A DNA stretch of 64,000 nucleotides. Source: Octopus vulgaris. Lineage: Eukaryota. The DNA lies in contig OX597817.1 in assembly GCA_951406725.2 (NCBI GenBank), forward strand, positions 51,026,001-51,090,000. The letters run 5' to 3'. The position numbers and the translations under genes are program-made. Positions 39,490 to 52,040 of the stretch are shown piece by piece; the first letter of the stretch is position 1; every line of letters begins with the position of its first letter. A model generated the notes under the pieces. It searched no databases, was not told the DNA's origin, and was given only the letters and a program-made list of their open reading frames with translations.

Positions 39490-39912
39490 TAGGCGCAGGA
39501 GTGGCTGTGTGGTAAGTAGCTTGCTTACCAACAACATGGTTCTGGGTTCAGTCTCACTGCATGGCACCTTGGGCAGGTGTCTTCTACTATAGCCTCGGGC
39601 CGACCAAAGCCTTGTGAGTGGATTTGGTAGACGGAAACTAAAAGAAGCCCATTGATTATATGTATATATGTATGTATATGTATATATATATATATATATG
39701 TTTGTGTGTCTGTGTTTGTGCCCCCAACATCGCTTGACAGCCGATGCTGCTGTGTTTACGTCCCCGTAACATAGCGGTTCGGCAAAAGACACCGATAGAA
39801 TAAGTACTAAGCTTACAAAGAATAAGTCCTGGGGACGATTTGCTCGACTAAAGGCGGTGCTCCAGCATGGCTACAGTCAAATGACTGAAACAAGTAACTG
39901 AGTAAAAGAGAG
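39490..39912 (+). mobile_element. SINE family A, full length
   Basis: taggcgcaggagtggctgtgtggtaag ... aaggcggtgctccagcatggctacagtcaaatgactgaaacaagtaa. Confidence 0.92.
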
Positions 39913-40836
39913 TATAACAACCCACAATAAAGCCTAATTCCCACCTCCTCAAACCCACAAATCCAAAGAATACTTTAACCCAGCAGAGACCATACTAAGT
40001 CAAGACAACCAGTAATATGTTACCGTCCGACGATATTTTAATGGGCTGGAACATCAAAGTTGCCCTCAAGTATAATCTTGTTTAAGAATAAATACATAAT
40101 CCCTTAGTGTAGTCTATTTAAAATTCATCCATGCATAAAAGTATGCGACTAAGCATACAATACTTTCGTTTCTGTTGAACAATATAGCTACATAGGGGTT
40201 ATATTATTTTTGCACTTAAGTATTGGTTATACTAATGCTAGAATTATTAACTAAAATATATTTCATAAAATAGTGAAAATGCGTCAATAGTTAAACAATA
40301 TTGTTCATCTTGGTAGTTTTGTCTTCAATCTTTAAACACTGCCATGATTGACATTGGTTGAAGACTTCGAGATAGACAGCGTATATTTTCGATCTGTGCA
40401 GTTCAACCTTGATCTGTGAAGTACAGCATTTTGTTAAAATATAAATGGTCTTTCTGTGACAAACACAGAAGTGCTGCCAGCCAACCGTCGTTATTTCGAG
40501 AGAAAGTGAGGTTTGTAGTATAGCAGTTGTCTCCTTTGGCCATTTTCATGGATTAACTTAAATGATTCCTAAGAGAGATGGGAGCGGAAATGAAAGCAGA
40601 ACGGAGAGAGAAAGAAAGATAACAAATATTATTTGACTGGTATTTATTGATGCAGATGGGATGAAGAGAAGAGCTGACATCGAGGGATTTCAACTGAGAA
40701 CAAAGACCGCCGCAACAAATTGATCAAAGCGTTTGCCAGACACTGAGGAACGATGAGACAGATAGTCATACATACATATATGGACGCGCATATATATATA
40801 CAGAGAGAGAGAGCGGGGGAGATACAAATACACACA

Positions 40837-40882
<46 letters not shown>

Positions 40883-41306
40883 CAGAGACAGAGAGAGACA
40901 GAGATATACAAATATAAAGATAGGCAGAGATAGAGAGAACGAGGGAGAGAGAACTACACATAAACACACACATACAATCATCATACACACAATGACCATC
41001 ATAAAACTCTCCTGCTTTGAAAAACCATATTCTGTATAACCCTCCAAATTCCTGTCAGTTATTTCGCGGCCATACAACGACACATGTACTTTACTCCCAT
41101 CTATTTGCCCTTTCCGCTTTTTATTCCGCTCTGAAATTTCTCCTCTTTGCGACTAAGAGCCGCGCACGAAACGTCGTTTCCGTTCCCATTTTTCCCTCAA
41201 CATTTTCACTGAGCGTCAGTTTCATATATTCCCTATGTATTCCCAATTGAATTTTGCTGTTTTTCCGGTTTCGTTTATTTTTGATTTACCTATATACGTG
41301 TATGTA

Positions 41307-41371
<65 letters not shown>

Positions 41372-41373
<2 letters not shown>

Positions 41374-41732
41374 TAGAACGGGACGACACTGCATAGTGCC
41401 AAAGATCCCAACAATGCCATCACGCTTGAGGACCAGCTTCTGCAAGAGCCTGGGTTTCAAGGGCCCACAGCTTTTTAATATTCTCCCAAAGAGTCTGAGG
41501 AACTTGCACAAAGTAGATGTAGCGGTTTTTAAATCAAAGCTGGACATCTTCCTGTCGAGAGTTCCAGATGAACCTACCTCACGGCAAGAGGTGCAAATGA
41601 GAGTAGCTATATCAAACTCCATTCTTCACCAAGTGCCACATATTAGAGGAGGTTCTTCGTAATAACAGTGTAGCACAAATCGGCAGTGCATCAGCATTGC
41701 CGCAGCTCTGAGCTGAAACTAGAGAAAAAAAA
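41372..41732 (+). mobile_element. CR1/L2-group LINE 3' fragment (second family)
   Basis: RTGRHCIVPK...GPQLFNILPKSLRN...FKSKLDIFLSRVPDEP, then 3'UTR ending cagctctgagctgaaactag + A tract. Confidence 0.85.
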
Positions 41733-41838
41733 TATGATTAATAAAAAATAAATGAAGGAAGACACAAGAAAAAATAACATCGCGAGGATGTGATACATGC
41801 AAAGTATTAAAAGATGCTCAAGGAGAGGAAATGAGGTT

Positions 41839-41870
41839 CTTTTACGTTTCGAGCAAAGTTCTTCAGAAAC
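41839..41870 (-). ncRNA. Minimal hammerhead-like motif
   Basis: Minus strand: gTTT-CTGAAGA-actttgctc-GAA-ACGT-A-AAA; canonical core, palindromic ACGT stem III, weak stems I and II. Confidence 0.45.
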
Positions 41871-42048
41871 AGGAGACAGAGGAAAGTCTTCGGTTATCGA
41901 AGAGATGGTGATGTGGACTTCCACCTCGGCATCTGAAACCCAGAGTTTTATCTTGGCTACTGAATAATTGTCACATATTATTTTACAGATAAATTCGTCT
42001 ATTTACATAATATTGAGGTCTCTTTCTTTTGTTATCTTATCGTTTTAC

Positions 42049-42103
<55 letters not shown>

Positions 42104-42108
<5 letters not shown>

Positions 42109-42224
42109 TTATGCGTATAGTTTAATTACTAAGATATATATATATACACATTTATGCGTATAGTTTAATTACTAAGATATATATATATATATATATATAC
42201 ACATTTATGCGTATAGTTTAATTA

Positions 42225-42271
<47 letters not shown>

Positions 42272-42294
42272 TTATGCGTATAGTTTAATTACTA

Positions 42295-42333
<39 letters not shown>

Positions 42334-42377
42334 CCTACATACATACATACATCTATGCGTATAGTTTAATTATTAAG
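42104..42377. repeat. Tandem ~30-bp unit x5 separated by variable (TA)n
   Basis: cacatttatgcgtatagtttaattactaag repeated; last copy diverged. Confidence 0.9.
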
Positions 42378-43061
42378 TTTTATTTATTTATATATATATA
42401 TATTTACTCGATGAGAGATGGTTTTGTGTTCATGTGTGAATACGTCTGGACACATAAACACGAACACGCATGAAATCACCGTTTCACGTAAATTTATGAT
42501 CGCAAGCATTGTCATCAGAACATGTTTCGATGTTTTAATAACCTCGATGTTTTAATAACGCTCCGAAGGATCTGTTTATTGCATACATTTCGAGACAAGA
42601 AGGAGGAAAAACAAAATGGCAAATACACTCCCTAATAAATGAGGGCCAGAAAGTTGAACTTGACCGCTGATTGGTTGAGATTCTTTGGTTTATACGCGAT
42701 CGATGCCTCAATTTCTATAATTGCTATAATCAAATACATATGAATATTTAACAAAGTTACTATTCTCTGAAAGCGTGTAACTTTTGGAGAACAGAAAAAG
42801 ATAGAACAAAAAAATACACATACATGAATACAGCACTTTCTCCAAACTTGAGCGCACTGATTCATGTTAACATTTCTATACCACAGACATATATATATAT
42901 ACTGATATTGATATAAATGCACACATGTATACACACACACACAAAGAGACACACAAATATATATATAAATGTGTGTATATATATATACACACACTCATCT
43001 AATTCTGTATATAAATATGTATGTATAGATATGTATTTTTATCTAAGTATATATATATAAG

Positions 43062-43109
<48 letters not shown>

Positions 43110-43262
43110 GGAGTAAACACATAAATGTGATACAAGGTGGAAAAAAGAGTACTCAAATACCAGTGGTAGAGTATTATGCTTTAACGTTACTCTGAGTTTA
43201 ACGTTGCCGTTTGAAACCCAGAGTAACAGGTTTTGTTGAATTTTCTGCTGCTTTAAATAAAG

Positions 43263-43322
<60 letters not shown>

Positions 43323-44148
43323 CACACATCTAAGTCTGTATATAAGTATATATGTATCTATAGATATGTATTTTTATCTAAGTATATATATATATATATA
43401 TATATATATACTTGACAAATAGAAATAATTAAATATTAGGACTGTATAAAACGATAGAAATGAAATAAAATAGCAGCGACATATTCGATTAGCATTGATT
43501 ATTTTTAAGAAACATCCTATAATTACAATATTGAATACAGTATCGATTATCCAAGAGAAATAATACTTGATTTTAGTAAGCTGCTATTAAACGTTCCTAT
43601 TGAATATGTAAGTGTAACAGGGCAAAAGTGGTTTTGGACTTTTCTTAAATATATATAAATGTGTTTGAATGATATTGAGTGTTTACAGTATTGGGGTGAT
43701 ATTGGTAAAGTAATAAAAATGGAATTATTAGGTAATAAATTCTACTTCTCTTAGTCTGAGGTATGTCTCGGTTTTAGTTATATATTTTTCTCGTAACACT
43801 AACATTAGTTAGACCATTTTTTCAACGGTCTCAAATAGCTAAAGGTTATAGGGACTTTAAGGATTGATGTATGCATCATATCTACACATATGCATGTGTT
43901 TATGTATCTTTCTACGTATACACACACAAATACCTAAATGGATGTAGATAGGTAGGTAGATTTATGGTTTGATTGATAGTAAGATATATGCATATATATA
44001 CAGACATACACATTTATATCTTATACATACATACAATATTATACACACATATATATATATAGTGAGAATTTACAACAACAAAAAATGACTAAGACGAGTG
44101 TGTAAACAGCAAACCGATGTATTAGTTTAACGCTCGGGAAGTGAGAAA

Positions 44149-44185
44149 GTCTTTTACGTTTCGGGCCTACGCTCTTCAACAGAAA
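44149..44185 (-). ncRNA. Degenerate hammerhead-like motif
   Basis: Minus strand: ctg-TTGAAGA-gcgtaggccc-GAA-ACGT-A-aaagac; same layout as 41839-41870. Confidence 0.35.
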
Positions 44186-44774
44186 TGAACACAGAAATGA
44201 ACAGGGAGAGAAAACAGAAAAAGGCATAGGGGCTAGCGATCTATCATGGCGAATATATATCTATATTTGTAAGCAAACATGAATGCATACTTTCAAACTT
44301 CCGTATATGCATGCGTAGATACATGCATTCAAATATATATTTATAAAAATCTGTTGTTATATACTAACATAAGTGGATAAGTGGACGCATACACATACAT
44401 GTGACCGGATGCCGCTAAGCTGACTCGAAAACATGATTCCCTTTAGTGGGATTGAGCATGGAAGTAGGCCCCATGGACGTCCAAAACGTTGTTTTTATTA
44501 TCATCTTAAGCGGCCTCTCATTTCATGCACTTTCAATCGGTTGGAGATCCTGGCTATTAGAAGGAAAGCATAGACGTCCATGTGTGAGACTGGAGTACTG
44601 TGGCTTGAAATCGAACGTAGGACAATGCATGAAGAGAAGAGGAAACGGCGTCCTCAACTCCCTGTTGCTCTTGTACGGGGTCGATTTCAGTACTCCAATT
44701 GCTACAGGATCTGTTTGTTTCATATCGGTCTTGGCAGCTACTTCCGCTCAAATAAGGGAGGATGTGTCGGACAT

Positions 44775-45197
44775 GGCGTATATTTCTTTAATGCACACAA
44801 GGGGCTAAACATAGAGGAGACAAACAAGGAAAGACAAAAGGATTAAGACGATTACATCGACCGCAGTGTGAAACTGGTACTTTATTTATCGACCCCGATT
44901 GGATGGAAGGCAAAGTCGACTTCGGCGGAATTTGAACTCAGAACGTAACGACAGACGAAATACCTATTTCTTTACTACACACAAGGGGCTAAACACAGAG
45001 AGGACAAACAAGGACAGAGAAACGGATTAAGTCGATTATATCGACCCCAGTGCGTAACTGGTTCTTAATTTATCGACCCCGAAAGGATGAAAGGCAATGT
45101 CGACCTCGGCGGAATTTGAACTCAGAACATAAAGGCAGACGAAATACCGCTTAGCATTTCGCCCGGCGTGCTAACGTTTCTGCCAGCTCGCCGCCTT
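44775..45197 (-). mobile_element. SINE B dimer
   Basis: Two family B units in reverse complement, head at 45197. Confidence 0.9.
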
Positions 45198-45735
45198 TCG
45201 TCTCGGACATTGTATAAGACGAATGTACTGGAATGACGATGCCATTACCTTAAATGAAGCGTCATCAGCAAGTAATTTAAGCAATGAATTGAACCCTACA
45301 TGATGGGGCAGGCGAAAGTGAAGATTCCAAACCACATTAGATAATATAGACGCAAAATACATTATTGATATTTTCATGCTGTAAAGTATAAGTATTTCAA
45401 TGAGTCAGTAATTCATTTCTTCGGTATTTTGGCAGAATAAAGATATAAATTTCAGATGGATGATAATTGGATGGTTGATTCAAACCTCCTCCGTTTAGCT
45501 ATTAACAGGAAGAATTCTTTAATAATAGATGAGACCTTTGTATCTCTGGGAATAGAATACTTACTGAACGAGAAATTTTAGATAGGAAATTGTACATAAT
45601 TAGAGTACATAACCTCAGCGACTCAGTACTAAATATTGTCGAATGTATTAGAGAAAGTATATATTTATCCGAATACAAACAGAAACACCTGACACCCTCT
45701 CAACACATACATAATACATATATATATATATATAA

Positions 45736-45796
<61 letters not shown>

Positions 45797-45997
45797 AAAT
45801 ATGTATATAAATATGTATATATATATATATATATAAATATGTATATATATATATATATATATATAAATATGTATAGATATATATAAATATGTATATATAT
45901 ATATATATATATAAATATGTATATATATATATATATAAATATGTATATATATATAAATATGTATAGATATATATAAATATGTATATATATAAATATG

Positions 45998-46042
<45 letters not shown>

Positions 46043-46044
<2 letters not shown>

Positions 46045-46552
46045 AAAACTTAGATAAACCTTAGATATGTTTCGACCAGAGATTGGTCCAGGCCATGTCT
46101 AACTTAATAGCACCACCTGATAGGATTATTCGAATCCTGTTTAAGTCAAGTTTTGTTCAAGTAGTGAGTTCTTGTTGGGTGAGTTGTATCCAGTTTTGTT
46201 CAAGTAGTGAGTTCTTGTTGGGTGAGTTGTATCCAATTATGGGTGGCTTATCTGGTTTTCTTTGAAGGAATCTATCCAGACTCTGTTTGAAGTTGATGGG
46301 ATCCTTTTCCTCTTTGATCTCCCTCGGGACAATGTTAAATAGGGCAGGGCCTGTTGACGAAAAGAAATTATGTTGCAGTGTACATGTATGTTGTGATCTT
46401 GAATTTGGCAGGGGACGTATAGCCCGTGGTCCAAGTCTCGGATGAACCTTGAAGCTAATGTTTAGGTCGTTTGGGCAAAGTTGGCGGTATATTTTCCACA
46501 TCGTACAAATGATGTACCGCTCACGGCGACGCTGGAGGGAGTAAAGTTTCAA
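46043..46552 (-). mobile_element. 5'-truncated relative of the 17188-21975 LINE
   Basis: LKLYSLQRRRERYIIC.MWKI...HPRLGPRAIRP...GPALFNI; 32-bp identical 3'UTR block; internal ~42-bp tandem duplication at ~46150-46234; 3' end abuts a TA array. Confidence 0.9.
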
Positions 46553-46609
46553 GGCAAATACATAAATATCACCAATATCACCAATCACCAGGCAAATACA
46601 TAAATATCC

Positions 46610-48110
46610 TGGCGCCAGAAAATTTAAATTTAAGACCCATTATAGCTGGCCCAGCCTCTGAAGCCTACCGCCTAAGCAATTCTTTAAACAGCCAACTGAA
46701 ACCCTTGCTAAAATACATTAAAATTTCATTAGAAACGATTAAGACATGCTTGGGCACCTACCAAAAACAATTAATGAAGAGACATTATTGGTTTCCTTCA
46801 TAGTTATTAATCTTTACCCCAATATCCCACATGACTATGGAATAGACGCAATAAAATTCAGGCTGGAAAAGTACCTCGAATTAACCCCGGAACGCATAAA
46901 CCAGGTTTTAATATTGGAACTTTAAATTTATACTTTAGAACAATTATTTCCTATTTGGCGACACCTATAATCGTCATAAAACCGGAATTGGATCCCATGT
47001 TCTTGCGAATCTAATAATTGGATATTTTGAATTCACCATATATGAAGTGTCACTGCAAAAATACGGATATCCATTTCACCATTATATAAGAGAAAACTGG
47101 AAAAGATATCTGGATGATTGGTTTAGCATTCGGAATGAGACCACTGAAAAACATTTGGAATTTAAATCAATTATAAACCCTAACAGTCAATTTAAAATGG
47201 AATATAGCAAAGAACAGCTCTCTTTCTTAGATATTATGATAAAAATGTTGACTAAATTGTAACTAACAGTTATCATAAGCCAACGAACTCGAAACAATAT
47301 CTTTTGTTTCGCTGAAGCCACCGAAACACCTCAAAAGGAATATCTCCTTTAATTAGCAAAAAGGATTTGCACAATAGTGTCTGATGGAAATACTCGGGAA
47401 TTCCGTCTTCAAGACCTCAGAGCATTACTAATTGAGAGACAATATCCACCCTCACTTACAGACGATGGAATTAATCGTGCCAAGAAATTAGGCATTTAAA
47501 CATTGAGGGGAAAAAGCATAACATCACACCACATCTCGAAACACTAGCGTATATGTCAACGCACAATCCTAGAAACAATGAGGCATACAGCACTATTGTA
47601 CAAAATTTACCTATGCTCAATAGGGATCCAAAAATGAACAACATTCTGAAAATACATAAATTCATCAAATGCAAGAAGCAACACAAATCGCTAAAAAGAC
47701 TTCTGACAAATGCGAAGATTTACACAACAACCACGAAACCAATGGTTAAAAAATGCGAACGCCGAAACTGTGGAACATGCCTCAACCTGCTGGAAGAAGA
47801 GAGGTTCACAATTAAAATGAAGTTCACGAGAATCCAATGTATGTTATAACTTGTTCAGGTTGTGAACATAAGTATATAGGACAGAGAGGTATGACACACA
47901 GATGGAGAAGCAGACTACATAAGCAACAGGTCCGTTTACAGACAAATTCCTTTGAGTAAACACATTGAGAGGTGTGGAGGTAATATCAAACCAAACTTCA
48001 CTGTTTTCCCCATCTACCACTGGAAAGAAACAATTTCTGCACAAGAACGTTGAAATAAAGAAAATATACTTAACGAAAAATATAGAACACATCTAAATAT
48101 GAAGGCATAA
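46610..48110 (+). mobile_element. Decayed Penelope-like element (RT + GIY-YIG), Neptune-like
   Basis: Frameshifted pieces: NLYPNIPHDYG, WKRYLDD, FKMEYSKEQLSFLDIMI, YHKPTNSKQYL, LAKRICTIVSD, CERRNCGTC linker, ITCSGCEHKYIGQ. Confidence 0.85.
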
Positions 48111-48491
48111 CCAACTTTGGTCTCAGTATATATTTTAATTCATGTTCACATACACATCATTGTAAATATTTATGTCACTACTTTAGCTTTGGAGATTTTG
48201 TATGTTTATTTACTTCTCCTCCAATAATGCACAATTATCTCCCCTATCCCGAATAATAACGATCACTAATTAACTCCCCTTAGATTTTTCTGCCTGTTGG
48301 TTAATTTCATTCACAAACACCCATACACAACATGGACTAACATCTTCTTAAGGAAATACGAAATTGCAATAATTTCAATGGCATGATTACGAAAAAGCTA
48401 AAGCGGTCGACAAGCACAATAATCTTTCACTTATAAAATATATTTATAAAAACATGAAAACTATGTGCATTTTCCTTCTTTTATTATATAT

Positions 48492-48550
<59 letters not shown>

Positions 48551-48589
48551 CGTTGCAACGAACCACGTGGGAATTGAAATTCTCCTCCG

Positions 48590-48762
48590 CTATTCTTCTT
48601 CTTCTTCGTCTTCGACTTCTTCTTCTTCGTCGTCTTCTTCTTCGTCTTCGACTTCTTCTTCTTCTTCTTCGTATTCTTTTTCTTCTTCTCTTCCTTCTTC
48701 TACTCCTTCTTCTTCTTCTTCGTCTTCTCCTCCTCCTTCTTCTTCTTCGTCTTCTCCTCCTC

Positions 48763-48815
<53 letters not shown>

Positions 48816-48825
48816 CATTATTATA
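48590..48825. repeat. (CTT)n/(ATT)n microsatellite
   Basis: Directly visible. Confidence 0.95.
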
Positions 48826-48859
48826 TATGTATACATACATTCTCTCTCTCTCTCTCTCT

Positions 48860-48895
<36 letters not shown>

Positions 48896-49099
48896 CAGAC
48901 ATATATACCTCACTAAAGTGACAAAGTGTCACTAATCACCACTAGTATTGCTAGAAATAAGAGTCGAAACTACTCAATAGACACCGAAGTATTATCTTAA
49001 TGACTGACAAAGGTTTAAGTGACCTTTGTCACTTCAGTGACGTGTATATTACTGCCTTTTGTTGTAAAATCGCGATTTAGCTATGCATAATAATAATAA

Positions 49100-49162
<63 letters not shown>

Positions 49163-49767
49163 ACAGATGGTCATGTAATTGATCATATAAATGCATATCT
49201 GAAACTGTATTTGTTCCACTGATTGTGCTTCTTCAATCCGTATACACAATGTATGGATTAAAGGACCAAAGCTGTAGATATTTAATCAAATATACTCAGT
49301 TACTTAATCCTGGTTTTAGTCGCCATGATTCAGCTGTGACGGAAATTAAATTTCACTTAGTAGTTCCTGCAATGTCAAACCGCGCCTGATTACAACATAC
49401 ACGAGTTTTTGATTGTGTTCAGAAACCCCTACCAAAAGCAGCCTTACATCTACGGCTTAGTTCCTGATGTCTCGAACGAATAAATTGTACACTAAATATT
49501 TAAACAGTATGCACGAAATGTTGACGGTTTAACCAGTAGCTGTTAGACAAGAAATATTGAAAATGTGTTCGGTAATGCATTTATTGAAATATAAGTCTTC
49601 TAGATGAGAGCTGATCTTGGCTGTACAACATAAATAACTTTATCTACTATAGGAATATTGAAAATAATTATAAGAACAACTGGTTTGCAAGGAAACGTCT
49701 TCGTGGTTAGAAAATTAATATTTGTAAATCTCATAACGAGATATATTACGCAACAGTACTGTGGAGT

Positions 49768-50027
49768 AAAGATTATTTGCCAACATAACATGGCAGTCCT
49801 GGTTTAGGACGAATGCCGCTGTAATTTAGCCCCAGCAGAAATAACCCGGAAATCGCGATACACAGATATTGTTTTGAGCTGATTCGGGGTGCTAAATTCC
49901 CTTCTTCGAAAATATAAGGACACAGATCGTGTTGTATAGCCAGCTGGAGATGATGTCTCCTGGGGTTAAATTACAGTAACATTCGTCCTTAACCAGGACT
50001 GCCATGTTATGTTGGCAAATAATCTTT
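49768..50027. mobile_element. MITE/foldback element with ~68-bp inverted arms
   Basis: aaagattatttgccaacataacatggcagtcctggtt...gccccag (49768-49835) versus reverse complement at 49960-50027. Superfamily unknown, no clear TSD. Confidence 0.8.
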
Positions 50028-50549
50028 GCCTTCGTGGTTGTTCGACACTTCGCAATTCAGTTGTACAGAATTATGTTCAAATACAACCAACTCATCTTAT
50101 AAGCGGAAGAATACATTTCATGGTGTAAGCATGGATACTATGGCCAGATGGTAATAACCGGAACGTGTTCGATTATCGATCTGCTGGAGCAGTGCTAATT
50201 TGTAGCTGATCAGCATAAATAATTATAATAATAACAATCACATCAAATTTTGTTAGCAGAAGTAATATCTGTTGTAGCAACGACAACAAACATGATATAT
50301 GGAAATATTCATCCGGTAATGGAATGAGATCCTTAAATATTATGTTCCATCCGCATGGATGTACAATTGAGTCTGCATAAATTTATGAGGGAATTGTTTG
50401 CGAATATATGGAGCACTTTTGCTTGAACCTTCAGTTTTATTGACATCTGAAGTAATTGCAGACTGGGTGCGGCGGCATGTAGTGTATGTTGAACATCTGA
50501 ACATGGCGGAGACTATCACACTCCATGCATAACCACTGCCAATTTATTC

Positions 50550-50958
50550 GAAAGAAAGAAAGAAAGAAATGAAAAAACGAAAGAAAGAAAGAAATGAAAG
50601 AAAGAAAGAAACGAAAGACATAAAGAAAGAAACGAAAGAAACGAAAGAAAGAAAGAAAGAAAGGAATTAAAAAACGAAAGAAAGAAAGAAATGAAAGACA
50701 GAAAGAAACGAAAGAAAGAAAGAAAGAAACGAAAGAAAGAAAGAAACGAAAGAAAGAAAGAAACGAAAGAAAGAAAGAAAGAAAGACAGAAAGAAACGAA
50801 AGAAAGAAAGAAAGCAACGAAAGAAAGAAACGAAAGAAAGAAAGAACGAACGAAAGAAACGAAAAAAAATAAAGAAAGGAAAAGAAAAGAAACGAAAGAA
50901 ACGAAAGAACGAAAGGAAAAGAAAAGAAACGAAAGGAAAGAAACGAAAGAAAGAAAGA
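50550..50958. repeat. (GAAA)n/(CGAAA)n purine-rich array
   Basis: Directly visible. Confidence 0.95.
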
Positions 50959-52040
50959 ATATCCAATAATGGATTTGGCACCTTATCTTCCATCCCCGAA
51001 TGGAAGACTTCGGAGAACTTTGAGCTCGGTACAGAGGGAGTGGGAAAGAATATCCAATGCATTCTACTCGACACTAACAAATCTGTTAATTCACAGATAA
51101 TATGTAATTAAAAGTGTAAATTAATGTTGAGGTAAAAATAATTAGCTTTTGATCAATGTGCTGAGTCAATCGTTGAAATGCAAGAAACGAAATATAATTT
51201 TAGTCGTGAGGAATATTCAAAGTTGTAATTTTAAAAAAAGCGAAGTACCAGCATATCTTAGTTTAGAGTGTGTATTAGTGTTTAACGCTTTCTTGATCTT
51301 TATCCTTATCTTAAACGGATATAATGTAATATTCTCTATACATAGGAGTTATGATTAATGTTGAGAGAGGAACATGCTGTTTGGTTGCGATATTCTTCCG
51401 TTTCCTTGATATGAAGTGTTATTGCACCTACGGCTTTTAAAATTTCCTGCTACCATCTTTCTGCAATGCATTGTGGAGATGTTACTATGGAATTTATTAA
51501 CTAATTTTAATTTGGCAGAAATACATTTTTGGCAATTATAGACAAAGTTCCAATTCAAACACAAGTAGCGAAAGCCATTCCACCACATCAATCAAGATCA
51601 GCTACAGTTGCACACATATCTATCTGACCATTACGTTCTAAAAGGGGTAATAGAGAGTAGACATGTAAACATAAGTAGTTACAGATTCTCACACAGAACA
51701 ACAGCACAAAAGCAGTTATCTGCTCTCTTAAATTAAAGTTTGTTAATAATAGCAATAATACTGTCACTACAAACATGCGCATTGTAGGGGAACGTATTTC
51801 ATTCCTCTGGTGTTCATTTATGACATTTTAGCTTTATTTATGAGACTTTGAAAGTAGAGTCTGTGCATTTTAAGTTATAATTTATATCGAGTAATGGTTT
51901 ATTTGCCACTATAATTCAACATTTAGTGATATGTTACAAAACTGGATGCCGTGATATTTGTGTAATTTTATTAGATGGTGATTTCATTGATATTGTTATG
52001 TTTCGACCAAAACTTATTGTTTGTCTACGAAATGATACTG

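Noticed and set aside
42104-42377. CRISPR-like repeat-spacer appearance
   Set aside because: Spacers are only (TA)n, context is eukaryotic, no cas genes.
44420-44775. GC-richer segment with short ORFs
   Set aside because: No recognisable motif or splice pair; probably a retroelement fragment but unsupported.
48444-48935. Poly-Arg/Ser/Leu ORFs
   Set aside because: (CTT)n/(ATT)n microsatellite.
50437-51080. K/E/R-rich and F/S-rich ORFs
   Set aside because: (GAAA)n array. The flank at ~50970-51080 (VQREWERIS) only faintly recalls a Tc1 transposase end; too weak to call.
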